64,000 bases of DNA, from NCBI GenBank assembly GCA_965202785.1, contig OZ241855.1:448001-512000 (forward strand), read 5' to 3'. Within the stretch, counting starts at the first letter, position 1. Every line of letters starts with the position of its first letter. Below are positions 33,683 to 44,044 of this stretch, one piece after another. The notes below the pieces were generated by a model that made no database searches, was not told where the DNA came from, and saw only the letters and a list, made by a program, of their open reading frames with translations. This DNA is from Thermodesulfobacteriota bacterium (lineage in GTDB: Bacteria > Desulfobacterota_D > UBA1144 > Nemesobacterales > Nemesobacteraceae). A program made the translations under genes and the position numbers.

Positions 33683-34780
33683 TCAGGTCCCCCTCCGCAG
33701 ATTCTCCTTCACAATCGGAAGAACTTCTTCTTTGAGCAGCCTCATTGATTTCTGCCACTTTTCCTTCGGGTTCCACTCGTGCCCCATGACCAGAAGAACC
33801 CCGAATCCCCCGACGAATTCATGAAGCTCGATTATTTTCCGGGCGACGTCCTCGGGACTTCCCACAAGCCACATGTTTTCGATCATGTAGTCCATGGTCA
33901 CTTCCTGGTCCGACATTGACTTGTCAACCTTAAACAGATTCAGGTTGTTTCTTATCATGGGAACTATAGTGAAAAAATAATCCCGGAAATCTCTTGCGAG
34001 CGTGCCTTCTATTACCTCTTTCCTCGCCTCTTCGGTTGTCTCCGCGACATAGACGTCCCTTGCGATTCTCCATTTCGCCCTCTCAGGCGTTCTGTCGGCG
34101 GCCTCCGCGCCCTGCTCGTATCCCGCCCAGTGAGATTTAAGCACATCAGGGATAACGAAATTTATGCTCATAGGTATCCAGTCACGTTCCCCGGCCGTCC
34201 TAAGACTCGCAGAATTCTCCGAGATTCCCGCAACCGCTATAGGGGGATGAGGCTCCTGGTAGGGCTTCGTGTGCACTCCGAGACCGACCCTTTCCACGGG
34301 ATCGGGAACGGCAAACTTCCACCGGGAGTTAGAGTAGACACCCGGGCTCGGATTGTTCCAGAGGTTAAGTATCATCTCAAGAGACTCGTTCATAAGTTGT
34401 CTCTGCTCCCCTGTTTTCGGGTTTATACCGAACGCCTCGAAATCTCCGATGAAACTTCCTGCTCCCACTCCCCAGTAGAATCTTCCCTTAAGCAGGTTGT
34501 CAAGAACCGCAATTCTGTGCGCAAGCATAAAAGGGTCATGCTGAGGCAGGCATGAAACTCCCGTACCGAAGATTATCCGTTTAGTGAGAGCGGCGGCTTT
34601 GGCTATGAAAAGATCGGGGGCAGGTATATTCTCCCAGCCCGCCGTGAAGTGTTCTCCTATCCAGGCTTCCCTGAAACCGATTTCATCAAGAAAAACTACC
34701 TGCTCCATGTCCGCTTCAAGCGTATCGGAAAGGGTAGAACCGAACGGATGAAGAGGCATTGTGAAATATCCTAGTTCCAT
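33683..34780 (-). CDS. luciferase-like (LLM) flavin-dependent monooxygenase
   Basis: FTMPLHP, AWIGEH, PYQEPHPPIAV, LVGSPEDV. Confidence 0.88.
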   Translation of the reverse strand: MELGYFTMPLHPFGSTLSDTLEADMEQVVFLDEIGFREAWIGEHFTAGWENIPAPDLFIAKAAALTKRIIFGTGVSCLPQHDPFMLAHRIAVLDNLLKGRFYWGVGAGSFIGDFEAFGINPKTGEQRQLMNESLEMILNLWNNPSPGVYSNSRWKFAVPDPVERVGLGVHTKPYQEPHPPIAVAGISENSASLRTAGERDWIPMSINFVIPDVLKSHWAGYEQGAEAADRTPERAKWRIARDVYVAETTEEARKEVIEGTLARDFRDYFFTIVPMIRNNLNLFKVDKSMSDQEVTMDYMIENMWLVGSPEDVARKIIELHEFVGGFGVLLVMGHEWNPKEKWQKSMRLLKEEVLPIVKENLRRGT

Positions 34781-34930
34781 TTCCGGAACATTATACTTTC
34801 TTCGAGCGCAAAAAGAGAATAGTTTCAAAGGGACTTCGACTCATAAAGTTTGTCAAAACCCCCAAGTATGTAGTAATATGATACGGATTTTGAACATCAA
34901 AGAGCACTAAGTTAAGGAGGAAGCATTACA

Positions 34931-36142
34931 ATGTCTAAGAACCTTCCGGGCATACAGGAGACCCGAGAACTTCTGAAGAAGAAAAAAGTGGTTATCGCCG
35001 GGGTGGGCGAAACGGAACAGGGCAAGATCCCGGATAAAAGCTCCTTTCACTTCCTAAGCGAAGCTTCCAAGCTCGCGATTGAGGACGCGGGAATTAAAAA
35101 AGACGACGTGGACGGCCTAGTAACGGCCTTCTCCCTCGTGGAACACACCTTCATGCACTGCACCACATTTGCCGACTACTTCGGCATGAACCCGAGGTTT
35201 TTCTCCTCGGTAGCAGTGGGAGGAGCCACTGCGGTGTGGATGGTGGCCGAAGCCGCCATGGCAATAGCCTCGGGGCAGTCTGAAGTGGTACTTTGCGTAA
35301 GGGGGGACAACACCCTCTCGGGAATATCCTCTTCGGGGATGCTCGCCCTTATAAGGGAGATGTGCCACGCGGAGTTTGAGTTCCCCTACGGACTTACGAC
35401 TCCCGGGGGATACGCCCTTGCGGCGCAGAGATACCTCCATGACTGGGACAGCCGGAGAGAACACCTCGCCGCGGTGGCAGTGACCATGAGAAAACACGCC
35501 GCGGACAAGGAAAACGCCATGAACAAGGATCCGCTGTCCATAGATGACGTCCTTAATTCAAGGGTCATAGCGGAACCTCTTACCAAGTATGACTGCTCGA
35601 TCATCTCCGATGGGGGAGCGGCTTTCATAGTGACTACGGAGGACAAGGCGAAGGAGCTCGGGATAGAGAACGACCTTGCCTACCTCTGGGGAATGGGACA
35701 GGGATACTCCCACCAGTACCTCACCACTCTTGAGAACCTCGACCAGATATACAACGCTGTTGAGCGATCGGGGGAGAAGGCGTTCAGTACGGCGGGGATA
35801 GAGCCAAGGGACGTTGACATAGCGTTTCTTTATGACTGCTTCACCATAACCGTTCTGCTTGAACTTGAGGGACTGGGTTTTGTTCCCAAGGGAGAGGGGG
35901 GAGCGTTTGCTCTTGAGGGAAGGATGGAGATAGGGAAGGACCTTCCGGTGAACACCCACGGGGGACTGCTCTCCCAGGCTCACCTGGGGGCCATGCATCA
36001 TGTGGTTGAGGCCACTCTGCAGCTCAGGGGAGACGCGGGATGTCGGCAGGTTGAGGACCCCGAGGTGGCGGTTGTGCATGGAAACGGAGGGATAGTGTCG
36101 GCTCACAGCACAGTGGTTCTTGGGAACCAGCCGATTAATTAA
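34931..36142 (+). CDS. thiolase-superfamily (SCP2/Ltp2-like) protein lacking the canonical N-terminal Cys
   Basis: IAGVGET, DCSIISDGGAA, LYDCFT, PVNTHGGLLS; VGGAT at the Cys position. Confidence 0.85.
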   Translation: MSKNLPGIQETRELLKKKKVVIAGVGETEQGKIPDKSSFHFLSEASKLAIEDAGIKKDDVDGLVTAFSLVEHTFMHCTTFADYFGMNPRFFSSVAVGGATAVWMVAEAAMAIASGQSEVVLCVRGDNTLSGISSSGMLALIREMCHAEFEFPYGLTTPGGYALAAQRYLHDWDSRREHLAAVAVTMRKHAADKENAMNKDPLSIDDVLNSRVIAEPLTKYDCSIISDGGAAFIVTTEDKAKELGIENDLAYLWGMGQGYSHQYLTTLENLDQIYNAVERSGEKAFSTAGIEPRDVDIAFLYDCFTITVLLELEGLGFVPKGEGGAFALEGRMEIGKDLPVNTHGGLLSQAHLGAMHHVVEATLQLRGDAGCRQVEDPEVAVVHGNGGIVSAHSTVVLGNQPIN

Positions 36143-36164
36143 CACAAACAAGGAGACAAAGAAG

Positions 36165-36590
36165 ATGTCAGAAGAGAAAAAAGCGTATAACAAGCCTTTG
36201 CCTGAGTTCCGGCCCGAGACGAAGCCGTTTTGGGAAGCTGCGAAGGAGCACAAGCTGGTTATCCCTAGATCAAGGGAGACGGGGGAGTTTTTCTTTTACC
36301 CGAGGGCTCTTTCCCCGGGAGGGGACATGAGTGAGGACATAGAGTGGGTTGAGAGCGAGGGACGGGGGAAGGTGTGGACTTTTTCCATACACCACATGGG
36401 ACCATCGAAAGCCTACAAGGGCGAGCCTCCTTATGTAGTGGCCCTTATCGAGATGGACGAGGGAGTGAAGATGATGTCAAACGTCATTGACGTTGACCCA
36501 GGTGAAGTGACTATTGGCATGGAAGTGCAGGTCTGCTTCGATGACGTTACAGATGAGGTCACCCTACCCAAATTCAAACCTGCCGGTTAA
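36165..36590 (+). CDS. DUF35 OB-fold protein (thiolase partner)
   Basis: PFWEAA, FFYPR, G.GKVWTF, PYVVALIEMDEG, IGMEV. Confidence 0.88.
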   Translation: MSEEKKAYNKPLPEFRPETKPFWEAAKEHKLVIPRSRETGEFFFYPRALSPGGDMSEDIEWVESEGRGKVWTFSIHHMGPSKAYKGEPPYVVALIEMDEGVKMMSNVIDVDPGEVTIGMEVQVCFDDVTDEVTLPKFKPAG

Positions 36591-36604
36591 AAAATCGGGG
36601 GCGG

Positions 36605-36919
36605 TCAATCATCGAGTTTTATAAGTATGTCGTCCCCTTCAATTTTCACCGAATAGGTCTCCAGAGGTTCGACCGCCGGAAGGCAGAGCACCTCGCCGGT
36701 TCTGACGTTGAACTCAGCCCCATGATAACAGCAGGTGATGCGTTCTCCGTCAAGTTCGCCGTCTGAAAGAGTAAAACACTGGTGGGTGCATTCATCCCGA
36801 AAGGCGTAGAAATCCCCCTCGACCCTGCATACGGCAATCGCTTCTCCGCCTACGAAAAAGGATTCCACTCCTCCTTCGGCTATATCTGAAACCTTAGCCA
36901 CTTTCTCGTAATCGGACAT
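36605..36919 (-). CDS. Rieske-type [2Fe-2S] ferredoxin
   Basis: CTH...CCYH; last gene of the suf operon. Confidence 0.9.
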   Translation of the reverse strand: MSDYEKVAKVSDIAEGGVESFFVGGEAIAVCRVEGDFYAFRDECTHQCFTLSDGELDGERITCCYHGAEFNVRTGEVLCLPAVEPLETYSVKIEGDDILIKLDD

Positions 36920-36923
36920 GAGC

Positions 36924-38270
36924 CTATCTCCCGCCGCCGTTTTCGAGTCTTTTCTCAAACCATTTCATGACTGTATGCTCAAGAGTCTCCCTCACGGAGT
37001 CGATCGACATATGCTCAAGAGTCTCGTTAGTAAAGGCGCGGAGCATTATGATTTTTGCCTTCCTCATTGAAATCCCTCTTGAGCATAGATAAAAAAGGGC
37101 CTCTTCATCCATCTGTCCGATCGTGGCTCCATGAGTGCACTTGACATCATCGTTGTATATCTCAAGCTGGGGCTTCGTGTCTATCTGGGCCGTGTCGGAG
37201 AGAAGAAGATTTCTGTTGGTCTGCTTCGCGTCCGTTTTCTCGGCGCCTTCGTGAACCAGTATCCTTCCGTGAAAAACTCCCTTTGAGCGACCGTCAAGCA
37301 CGCCGTTATAGAACTGACGGCTGTCGCAATGGGGGCTTGCGTGCTCAACGCGCATGAAGTTATCCATGTGTTGGCGCCTCTCTGACATGAAAAGGCCGTA
37401 AATATCGGAGTTGCATCCTTCTCCCGCCAGAACGGGATGGACGTTGTTCCTCACTATGGCTCCTCCGTAGAGAACGGAGTGGGAAGTGATATTGCTGTTT
37501 TTCTGCTGATCTACCCTCAGAGTGGAAAAATTAAACGCCTTCTGACTTTCAAACTCAAGCCTGTAATGCTCGAGGTTCGCGTCTTCGCCGCAGACAACTT
37601 CCGTGACCACGTTTGAGAAATAAACGCTCTGGGACATCGATACGTAATGCTCAATGACCTTGGCGTCCGAGCTTTGCCCGATGATGATGAGATTTCTCGG
37701 GTTTATGAACAGAGGACGGCCTTCGTCCGTTGATACGTGAAGAACATGCACCGGTTTCTCAAAAACGGTCCGATCGGGAACGTAAACAAATACCCCGTCT
37801 TCAAAATATGACGTGTTAAGGGAGATAAAGGCGTCTTTTTCGTAATCGGCGTATTTCGCCAGGTGACCCCTTACAAGATCGTCATGCTCCCGGACCGCCT
37901 CAGACAAGGCTTTTACCACAATCCCTTCCCCGACATCCCCCACGTCCGAAAGTGAAGAGGCGAAACGGCCGTTTACGAAGACAAGCCTCAGGCAATCAAG
38001 CCCCGAGAACCCGTAAGAATCCACGGTTTTCTCAGAAACATCCGAGATTCCATTCTCGGCGATTGAAAATGAACCTCTGCGAAGCGCTTCAAGATTGGTA
38101 AACCTCCACTCTTCATCAGAAAGGGTCGGAAATCCAAGCTCGCCGAATCCCAAGATCGCTTCCCGGCGAAGATCCGCTAACCACTCTGGGGCATCTCCCC
38201 TTCCGCTATCCAGAAATTCAGAAAGCCTCTCAACGTAACTCTCGCGCGTGCCGTCAAAAACAATAGCCAT
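36924..38270 (-). CDS. sufD: Fe-S assembly protein SufD
   Basis: EEWRFT, KPQLEIYNDDVKCTHGAT, LFYL.SRG. Confidence 0.96.
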   Translation of the reverse strand: MAIVFDGTRESYVERLSEFLDSGRGDAPEWLADLRREAILGFGELGFPTLSDEEWRFTNLEALRRGSFSIAENGISDVSEKTVDSYGFSGLDCLRLVFVNGRFASSLSDVGDVGEGIVVKALSEAVREHDDLVRGHLAKYADYEKDAFISLNTSYFEDGVFVYVPDRTVFEKPVHVLHVSTDEGRPLFINPRNLIIIGQSSDAKVIEHYVSMSQSVYFSNVVTEVVCGEDANLEHYRLEFESQKAFNFSTLRVDQQKNSNITSHSVLYGGAIVRNNVHPVLAGEGCNSDIYGLFMSERRQHMDNFMRVEHASPHCDSRQFYNGVLDGRSKGVFHGRILVHEGAEKTDAKQTNRNLLLSDTAQIDTKPQLEIYNDDVKCTHGATIGQMDEEALFYLCSRGISMRKAKIIMLRAFTNETLEHMSIDSVRETLEHTVMKWFEKRLENGGGR

Positions 38271-38302
38271 CGTGTTATGCTCCTTGCTAGTTACCCCGCC
38301 CC

Positions 38303-39037
38303 TTAAAAACCCGCGTAACCTTTTTCCTCGAGTTCGTGGGCAAGCTCCTTTCCTCCCGATTTTACGATTTTTCCATCTACCATCACGTGGACGAAATCGG
38401 GAACTATATAGTTAAGAAGTCTCTGGTAGTGGGTTATCACTATAAAGGAACGGCCGGAGTCTCTCATCGAATTCACCCCGTTTGCCACTATCTTGAGCGC
38501 GTCTATGTCGAGACCTGAGTCGGTCTCGTCAAGCACTGCCAGCGAAGGCTCAAGTATCTGCATCTGGAATATTTCGTTCCTTTTCTTCTCTCCGCCCGAA
38601 AAGCCGGCGTTCACGGACCTTTTAAGAAGATCCTCGTCAATACCGAGCGCTTTCATTTTCTCCCTGGCAAGCTTGGCGAACTCGACGTGCTTAAGCGGTT
38701 TTTCGTCCCGATACTCCCTTTTCGCGTTAAGGGCCTCGCGAAGAAGATAGGTATTCGCAACCCCCGGAATCTCGACGGGGTACTGGAAAGCCAGGAATAT
38801 CCCCTCGCACGCCCTTTCCTCGGGCTCAAGGTCGAGAAGATCCTTGCCATGGAAAGTTACTTCCCCTTCGGTAACTTCGTAAGCTTCCTTACCCGCAAGG
38901 ACCTGGGCAAGGGTGCTTTTCCCTGAGCCGTTCGGGCCCATTATGGAGTGTACTTCCCCGGGCGCCACGGTAATGTCCATTCCTTTCAGTATTTCCTTGT
39001 CATCTACCTGCACATGCAGGTTTTTCACCTCGAGCAT
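38303..39037 (-). CDS. sufC: Fe-S assembly ATPase SufC
   Basis: GPNGSGKS, GFSGGEKKRNE, LDETDSGLDID. Confidence 0.98.
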   Translation of the reverse strand: MLEVKNLHVQVDDKEILKGMDITVAPGEVHSIMGPNGSGKSTLAQVLAGKEAYEVTEGEVTFHGKDLLDLEPEERACEGIFLAFQYPVEIPGVANTYLLREALNAKREYRDEKPLKHVEFAKLAREKMKALGIDEDLLKRSVNAGFSGGEKKRNEIFQMQILEPSLAVLDETDSGLDIDALKIVANGVNSMRDSGRSFIVITHYQRLLNYIVPDFVHVMVDGKIVKSGGKELAHELEEKGYAGF

Positions 39038-39085
39038 GCTTCGCTCCTCCTAAAAATATTTTTCAGAATTACGGCGGAACCGTTA

Positions 39086-40522
39086 TTAACCCACGCTTCC
39101 CTCAAGACTTACGCTCAGCAGCTTCTCGGCTTCAACCGCGAACTCAAACGGCAGTTCCTTGAAAACTTCCTTGCAGAAACCGTTCACTATGAGCGAAACC
39201 GCGTCTTCGGCGGAAAGCCCTCTCTGGCGACAGTAAAACATCTGGTCCTCGCCTATTTTAGAGGTAGAAGCCTCGTGCTCCATGTGGGCCGTGGAGTTTT
39301 TTACCTCTATATATGGAAAAGTGTGTGCTCCGCAGCGGTCCCCTATAAGCATCGAGTCGCACTGCGTGTAATTTCTCGCCTTCTCGGCATTTTTACCAAT
39401 TTCAACAAGTCCCCGGTATATGTTCTGTCCCTCGCCCGCGGAAATGCCCTTGGAAATAATCGTGCTGCTGGTGTTTTTCCCCACGTGAACCATCTTGGTT
39501 CCGGTGTCGGCCTGCTGGCGCCTGTTGGTAAGGGCAACGGAGTAGAACTCCCCGACCGAATTATCTCCTTCAAGAACGCAGCTCGGGTACTTCCAGGTAA
39601 TAGCGGAACCGGTTTCAACCTGCGTCCAGGAAATCCTCGAGTTCCTGCCGATGCATCTTCCCCGCTTTGTTACGAAATTGTATATTCCGCCCTTGCCCTG
39701 CTTGTCTCCAGGGTACCAGTTCTGTATCGTCGAATACTTTATGGTGGCGTCATCGTGAGCTATAAGTTCAACCACCGCGGCATGGAGCTGGTTCTCGTCC
39801 CTCTGCGGGGCCGTGCAGCCCTCAAGATAGCTTACGTAGCTGCCCTCCTCCGCAATTATGAGCGTTCTTTCGAACTGTCCGGTGTTCTCCGCGTTTATGC
39901 GGAAATAAGTAGAGAGCTCCATGGGGCATCTTACTCCCTTGGGAATATAGACGAAGGAACCGTCCGTAAAGACCGCGGAATTCAAAGCCGCATAGAAGTT
40001 GTCCCCGCGCGGCACGACCGAACCCAGATACTTGCGCACAAGATCGGGATATTCCTCCACCGCCTCGGATATGGAGCAGAAAATAACCCCTTCCTCGGCG
40101 AGTTTTTCCTTGAAAGTGGTAAAGACGGAAACGCTGTCGAAAACCGCGTCAACGGCGACGCCGGCCAGCATCTTCTGCTCCTCAAGCGGAATACCGAGCT
40201 TGTCGTAGGTCTCCTTTATCTCCGGGTCTATCTCGTCAAGGCTCTTCGGCCTGGGATTGCTTTTCGGCGCGGCATAATAACTTATGCCGTTAAAATCTAT
40301 TTCCGGATATCTTAGAAAAGCCCATCTGGGCTCCTTCATCTTCTTCCAGCGCTCATAAGCCCCGAGGCGCCATTCGAGAAGCCATTCCGGTTCGTTCTTC
40401 TTGGAGGAGATCATCCTGATTACATCTTCGTTAAGCCCCTTGGGGGCAATCTCCTGCTCTACATCAGTTACGAATCCGTACTTGTATTCCTCCTGCGCAA
40501 GTTTTTCAAGATCAACGCTCAT
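39086..40522 (-). CDS. sufB: Fe-S assembly protein SufB
   Basis: [32 protein letters not shown]. Confidence 0.98.
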   Translation of the reverse strand: MSVDLEKLAQEEYKYGFVTDVEQEIAPKGLNEDVIRMISSKKNEPEWLLEWRLGAYERWKKMKEPRWAFLRYPEIDFNGISYYAAPKSNPRPKSLDEIDPEIKETYDKLGIPLEEQKMLAGVAVDAVFDSVSVFTTFKEKLAEEGVIFCSISEAVEEYPDLVRKYLGSVVPRGDNFYAALNSAVFTDGSFVYIPKGVRCPMELSTYFRINAENTGQFERTLIIAEEGSYVSYLEGCTAPQRDENQLHAAVVELIAHDDATIKYSTIQNWYPGDKQGKGGIYNFVTKRGRCIGRNSRISWTQVETGSAITWKYPSCVLEGDNSVGEFYSVALTNRRQQADTGTKMVHVGKNTSSTIISKGISAGEGQNIYRGLVEIGKNAEKARNYTQCDSMLIGDRCGAHTFPYIEVKNSTAHMEHEASTSKIGEDQMFYCRQRGLSAEDAVSLIVNGFCKEVFKELPFEFAVEAEKLLSVSLEGSVG

Positions 40523-40540
40523 TAAAAAATTATCCTCCTG

Positions 40541-40960
40541 CTAGTGACTTCTGCCGCCTCGAGTTTCATTCACCATATCCCCAATAGTGGTATCTTCAAG
40601 AATCCTTATCATGGAAACCTTGAGCTTGTCCCAGAGAGGAAGCTGCCCGCAGTTCTCATAAAGCGCGCAGGGACCGTCGTCATCCATACAGTCTACTATC
40701 CTTATTTCTCCCTCTATGGCTTCGTACACCTCTCTCAGGCTAAGTTCGTGGGGGAGCTTGCGGAGCATGTATCCACCCTCGGGCCCCACCTTCGACCTGA
40801 GTATTCCGCGATTGACAAGCCTTCTCATTACCTTGGCCAAGTAATTCTGCGGAATGTGCTGGGTTTCGGATATCTGCTTCATGCTGAATCTGTCCCCCGG
40901 ACTGCCTCCCATGTGGATAAGGCATCTGACGGCGTAATCAAGGGTTCTGCTTACCTGCAT
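40541..40960 (-). CDS. Rrf2-family regulator with three Cys
   Basis: DYAVR, YLAKVM, GPEGGY, CMDDDGPCALYENC. Confidence 0.92.
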   Translation of the reverse strand: MQVSRTLDYAVRCLIHMGGSPGDRFSMKQISETQHIPQNYLAKVMRRLVNRGILRSKVGPEGGYMLRKLPHELSLREVYEAIEGEIRIVDCMDDDGPCALYENCGQLPLWDKLKVSMIRILEDTTIGDMVNETRGGRSH

Positions 40961-41002
40961 AACGGTATTGTAAACTTTATATATCCATAAAATAGCTATC
41001 TA

Positions 41003-41021
41003 AGTGGTAATCATTACCACT
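41003..41021. promoter_or_regulatory. perfect 9-1-9 palindrome, Fur-box-like operator of the rrf2-suf operon
   Basis: AGTGGTAAT-C-ATTACCACT next to minus-strand TTGACT. Confidence 0.7.
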
Positions 41022-41156
41022 ATTCGAACAAAGTCAACTGGAGGAGGAAAGAAACTCTTTCCAGATAACTTCAAAATCTCCCCCATATAGTCCTTCCGTT
41101 GCAGTAAACCGGCAAAAACGATCAGCAAAAAAGGTTGTCCTCTCAAGCTGGCGCCG

Positions 41157-41687
41157 TTAGCGGTGTGTATCCGAATACTTATCCCTGAGCTTTTTATATT
41201 CCACTTCGGATAAGTTTCTAGACCTGTCAAGGAATATGGCGACCGCCCAGATCGTCTCGTCTTTGTGCGTGGGTCCGTAAGCAGGCATTCCAGTCATCTG
41301 AACTCCGTTTTTCGTGACCCAGAAGATGTCTTTTAGAGAATACTCATACAGTTTTTCTTCAGGGAATTTGGGCGGAGGCGGGAAAAGACCCTTACCAGTC
41401 GGCGAAGCTTCGACGCCAGGTGCTCCATGGCACTGAACGCACATGTGCTCATATTCCTTAAAGCCCTTCAAATACATATCCATATCATTAACGTCGTAGG
41501 GGACAGTGAGACTCGCGGAGTTTCTTTTGATAGATCTCTCGGCAATTCCGTGAAAGATCATGTTTACAATCTCCGGGTGTGGTTTTGTAGCCGAGACATC
41601 GTAACGTCCGAGAACAAAATAAAGTATGGCGGCTATAATCAAAGCCGCTATCAGTAATTTTTTTCTTCTAAACACTTTCTCAATCAT
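41157..41687 (-). CDS. membrane-anchored monoheme cytochrome c
   Basis: N-terminal TM, CVQCH, GVQMTGMPAY. Confidence 0.88.
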   Translation of the reverse strand: MIEKVFRRKKLLIAALIIAAILYFVLGRYDVSATKPHPEIVNMIFHGIAERSIKRNSASLTVPYDVNDMDMYLKGFKEYEHMCVQCHGAPGVEASPTGKGLFPPPPKFPEEKLYEYSLKDIFWVTKNGVQMTGMPAYGPTHKDETIWAVAIFLDRSRNLSEVEYKKLRDKYSDTHR

Positions 41688-41728
41688 CGCTTACGCCTTT
41701 TATTGACAAATCTACCCGAATTCGTCCG

Positions 41729-43714
41729 TCAGGAAGTAGTGAAACTGTAGATGAAAAGAAGCACTATTATTACGACGACCCCGCCTACCATGGCCGCCAC
41801 GTAATACCTGAGCAGGCCTGTCTGCAGCGCACTCAGGCGTCCCGACAAGCTCCTTACAAAATCGCTCAGCCCGTCAAGCGAGTTGTCTATAAAGGAGCGG
41901 TCAAAATCAGAGCAAAGTCCCGAAATGTAGTTAAACGGAGAGACGAAAACCGCCTCGTAAATCTCATCAACGTACCACTTGTTAAAGGACCCGCTTTTAA
42001 GCGCGGCGACCGCTTTGTCCTCCGCCACAGCAGCTTCTCCCCGCCTGCGACAGTAGATCAAAGCACCGGCCGCTATTCCCGCAAACGCTGCCAGTACCGA
42101 AAACCCTACAAGGGTCCAGTGACCGAAATAATGGGAGTAAGCATGTTCCGCGCCGTAGTGCACTACCACTGAGGAAGAAAGGAACTTCTTAATGAGATCC
42201 GTGTAATGAAAACCCACGCTCTCACCCATGAATTCTGGTACGCCAAGAAGGCCCCCAAAAACGGAGAGAACCGCGAGAATCACAAGAGGTACGATCATCA
42301 CTGCCGGAGATTCGTGCACGCGGCTTTTCGTCTTGTAGTCCATCCTTGCTGTCCCCTCGAAGGTAAGCACGTAGAGCCTTGTCATGTAAAAAGCGGTCAG
42401 TACGGCAGTAATAAGCCCCGCGGCCCAGAAAAACGTATGGCCGCCGTCATAAAGCGAAGCCAGGATTTCATCCTTGCTGAAAAACCCCGAGAGAAGGGGA
42501 AAGCCGGAAATCGCAAGCGTCGCCACAAGAAATGTAAGGGCCGTCACGGGAATCATCCCGCGAAGCCCCCCCATCTTCCTTATGTCCTGCTCTCCGGCCA
42601 TGGCGTGTATAACGCTTCCCGCACCGAGGAACAGAAGCGCCTTGAAAAAAGCGTGGGTGACCAGATGAAATATCGAAAACACATAGGCCCCCGCACCGGC
42701 AGCCATCATCATGTAGCCCAGCTGACTTACGGTCGAGTATGCAAGCACCTTCTTTATGTCGTTCTGGGTGATCGCTATCGTGGCGGCGAAAAACGCGGTG
42801 AACGCTGCCACGATCAAAACGACGTTCAAAGCCACTGGACTCAGGTCAAAAAGCGGCGAGCAGCGGCTCAACATGTAAACCCCGGCGGTAACCATTGTCG
42901 CGGCGTGAATAAGGGCGCTCACCGCGGTCGGACCCGCCATAGCGTCCGGAAGCCAGACGTGAAGCGGGAACTGGGCCGATTTCCCGACGGCGCCGACAAA
43001 CAGAAGAAGCGCCATCGCGGTTATAAGCGACTGTGAAAGCCCGGAAACAAAAACCGGGTCGGCAAGCTGGGAGAAAACATCTTGGTAGTTAAGAGATCCA
43101 AACACGGTGAAAATAAGGAAGATGCCGAGGATAAACCCGAAATCCCCTATTCTGTTCACCACAAAAGCTTTTCTTCCCGCATAGACCCTGAATGAATCTT
43201 CATACCAGAATCCTATAAGCAGGTAGGATGCAAGGCCCACCCCCTCCCATCCGATAAACATCATGGGGAAGTTGTTGCCCAGAACCAGAACGAGCATGAA
43301 GAAAACGAAAATGTTCAGGTAAGTGAAATAACGCGCGTAACAACGATCATGGTGCATGTAGCCAATCGAGTAGACATGTATAAGAAATCCCACCCACGTC
43401 ACGACAAGGGCCATTACGGCGGAGAGGGAATCAAAGAGAAACTCGAAGCTGACGTTAAGGGTGCCCGAGAGCATCCAGGTGAAAAGTTCGGTCGTAATCG
43501 GCTCAGTCCCCGCAGGGCTCTGCGAGAGAAGGTCAAGGAAAAGACGCGTGGACAAAAGAGCGGAGACCAGAACGGCCGCGCACGCCACCGTCCCGACGAT
43601 TCTGTCACTTGTATGTCTTCCGGTTCCGGTAAGCTTTTCGCAAAGACCGGTGGCGAAGAAAAGCCCGTTGAAAATCGCCCCCGCAAGTGGCGCAAGAACT
43701 ATGAGAGCAAGCAC
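41729..43714 (-). CDS. nuoL: NADH-quinone oxidoreductase subunit L
   Basis: GWEGVGLASYLLIGFW, GKSAQFPLHVWLPDAMAGPT, HAFFKALLFL. Confidence 0.96.
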   Translation of the reverse strand: MLALIVLAPLAGAIFNGLFFATGLCEKLTGTGRHTSDRIVGTVACAAVLVSALLSTRLFLDLLSQSPAGTEPITTELFTWMLSGTLNVSFEFLFDSLSAVMALVVTWVGFLIHVYSIGYMHHDRCYARYFTYLNIFVFFMLVLVLGNNFPMMFIGWEGVGLASYLLIGFWYEDSFRVYAGRKAFVVNRIGDFGFILGIFLIFTVFGSLNYQDVFSQLADPVFVSGLSQSLITAMALLLFVGAVGKSAQFPLHVWLPDAMAGPTAVSALIHAATMVTAGVYMLSRCSPLFDLSPVALNVVLIVAAFTAFFAATIAITQNDIKKVLAYSTVSQLGYMMMAAGAGAYVFSIFHLVTHAFFKALLFLGAGSVIHAMAGEQDIRKMGGLRGMIPVTALTFLVATLAISGFPLLSGFFSKDEILASLYDGGHTFFWAAGLITAVLTAFYMTRLYVLTFEGTARMDYKTKSRVHESPAVMIVPLVILAVLSVFGGLLGVPEFMGESVGFHYTDLIKKFLSSSVVVHYGAEHAYSHYFGHWTLVGFSVLAAFAGIAAGALIYCRRRGEAAVAEDKAVAALKSGSFNKWYVDEIYEAVFVSPFNYISGLCSDFDRSFIDNSLDGLSDFVRSLSGRLSALQTGLLRYYVAAMVGGVVVIIVLLFIYSFTTS

Positions 43715-43737
43715 TCAGGTAAACCTCCGAGAATAAA

Positions 43738-44043
43738 TTAACCCCTAAGCAGTTTCAGCAGATCGATGTCAAGACTCTCTTTCTGCCTGTAAATCGAAAC
43801 GACAAACGCAAGGCCGACCGCGACCTCGGCCGCCGCCACCGTTACTGACATCAGAACGAACACATGTCCCGTGGCACCCTCGTAGAGCCTTGAGAAAACA
43901 ACGAAAAGCAGGTTGCAGGAGTTAAGCATGAGCTCAAGGCACATAAGCACGATCAGTATGTTTTTTCTGGTAATTACCCCGTAAACCCCGATCGCGAAAA
44001 GCACGCAAGCCAAGACTACATAGTGACTAACCGCAATTTCCAT
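43738..44043 (-). CDS. nuoK: NADH-quinone oxidoreductase subunit K
   Basis: LELMLN, VAAAEVAVGLA. Confidence 0.96.
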   Translation of the reverse strand: MEIAVSHYVVLACVLFAIGVYGVITRKNILIVLMCLELMLNSCNLLFVVFSRLYEGATGHVFVLMSVTVAAAEVAVGLAFVVSIYRQKESLDIDLLKLLRG

Positions 44044-44044
44044 C

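Noticed and set aside
38948-40315. 455-aa ORF antisense to sufB
   Set aside because: Shadow ORF from codon bias; no RBS or domain signature
42206-43036. 276-aa ORF antisense to nuoL, and similar antisense ORFs at 3493-4311, 27270-28019 and 51834-52583
   Set aside because: Essentially fully overlap confident genes on the opposite strand
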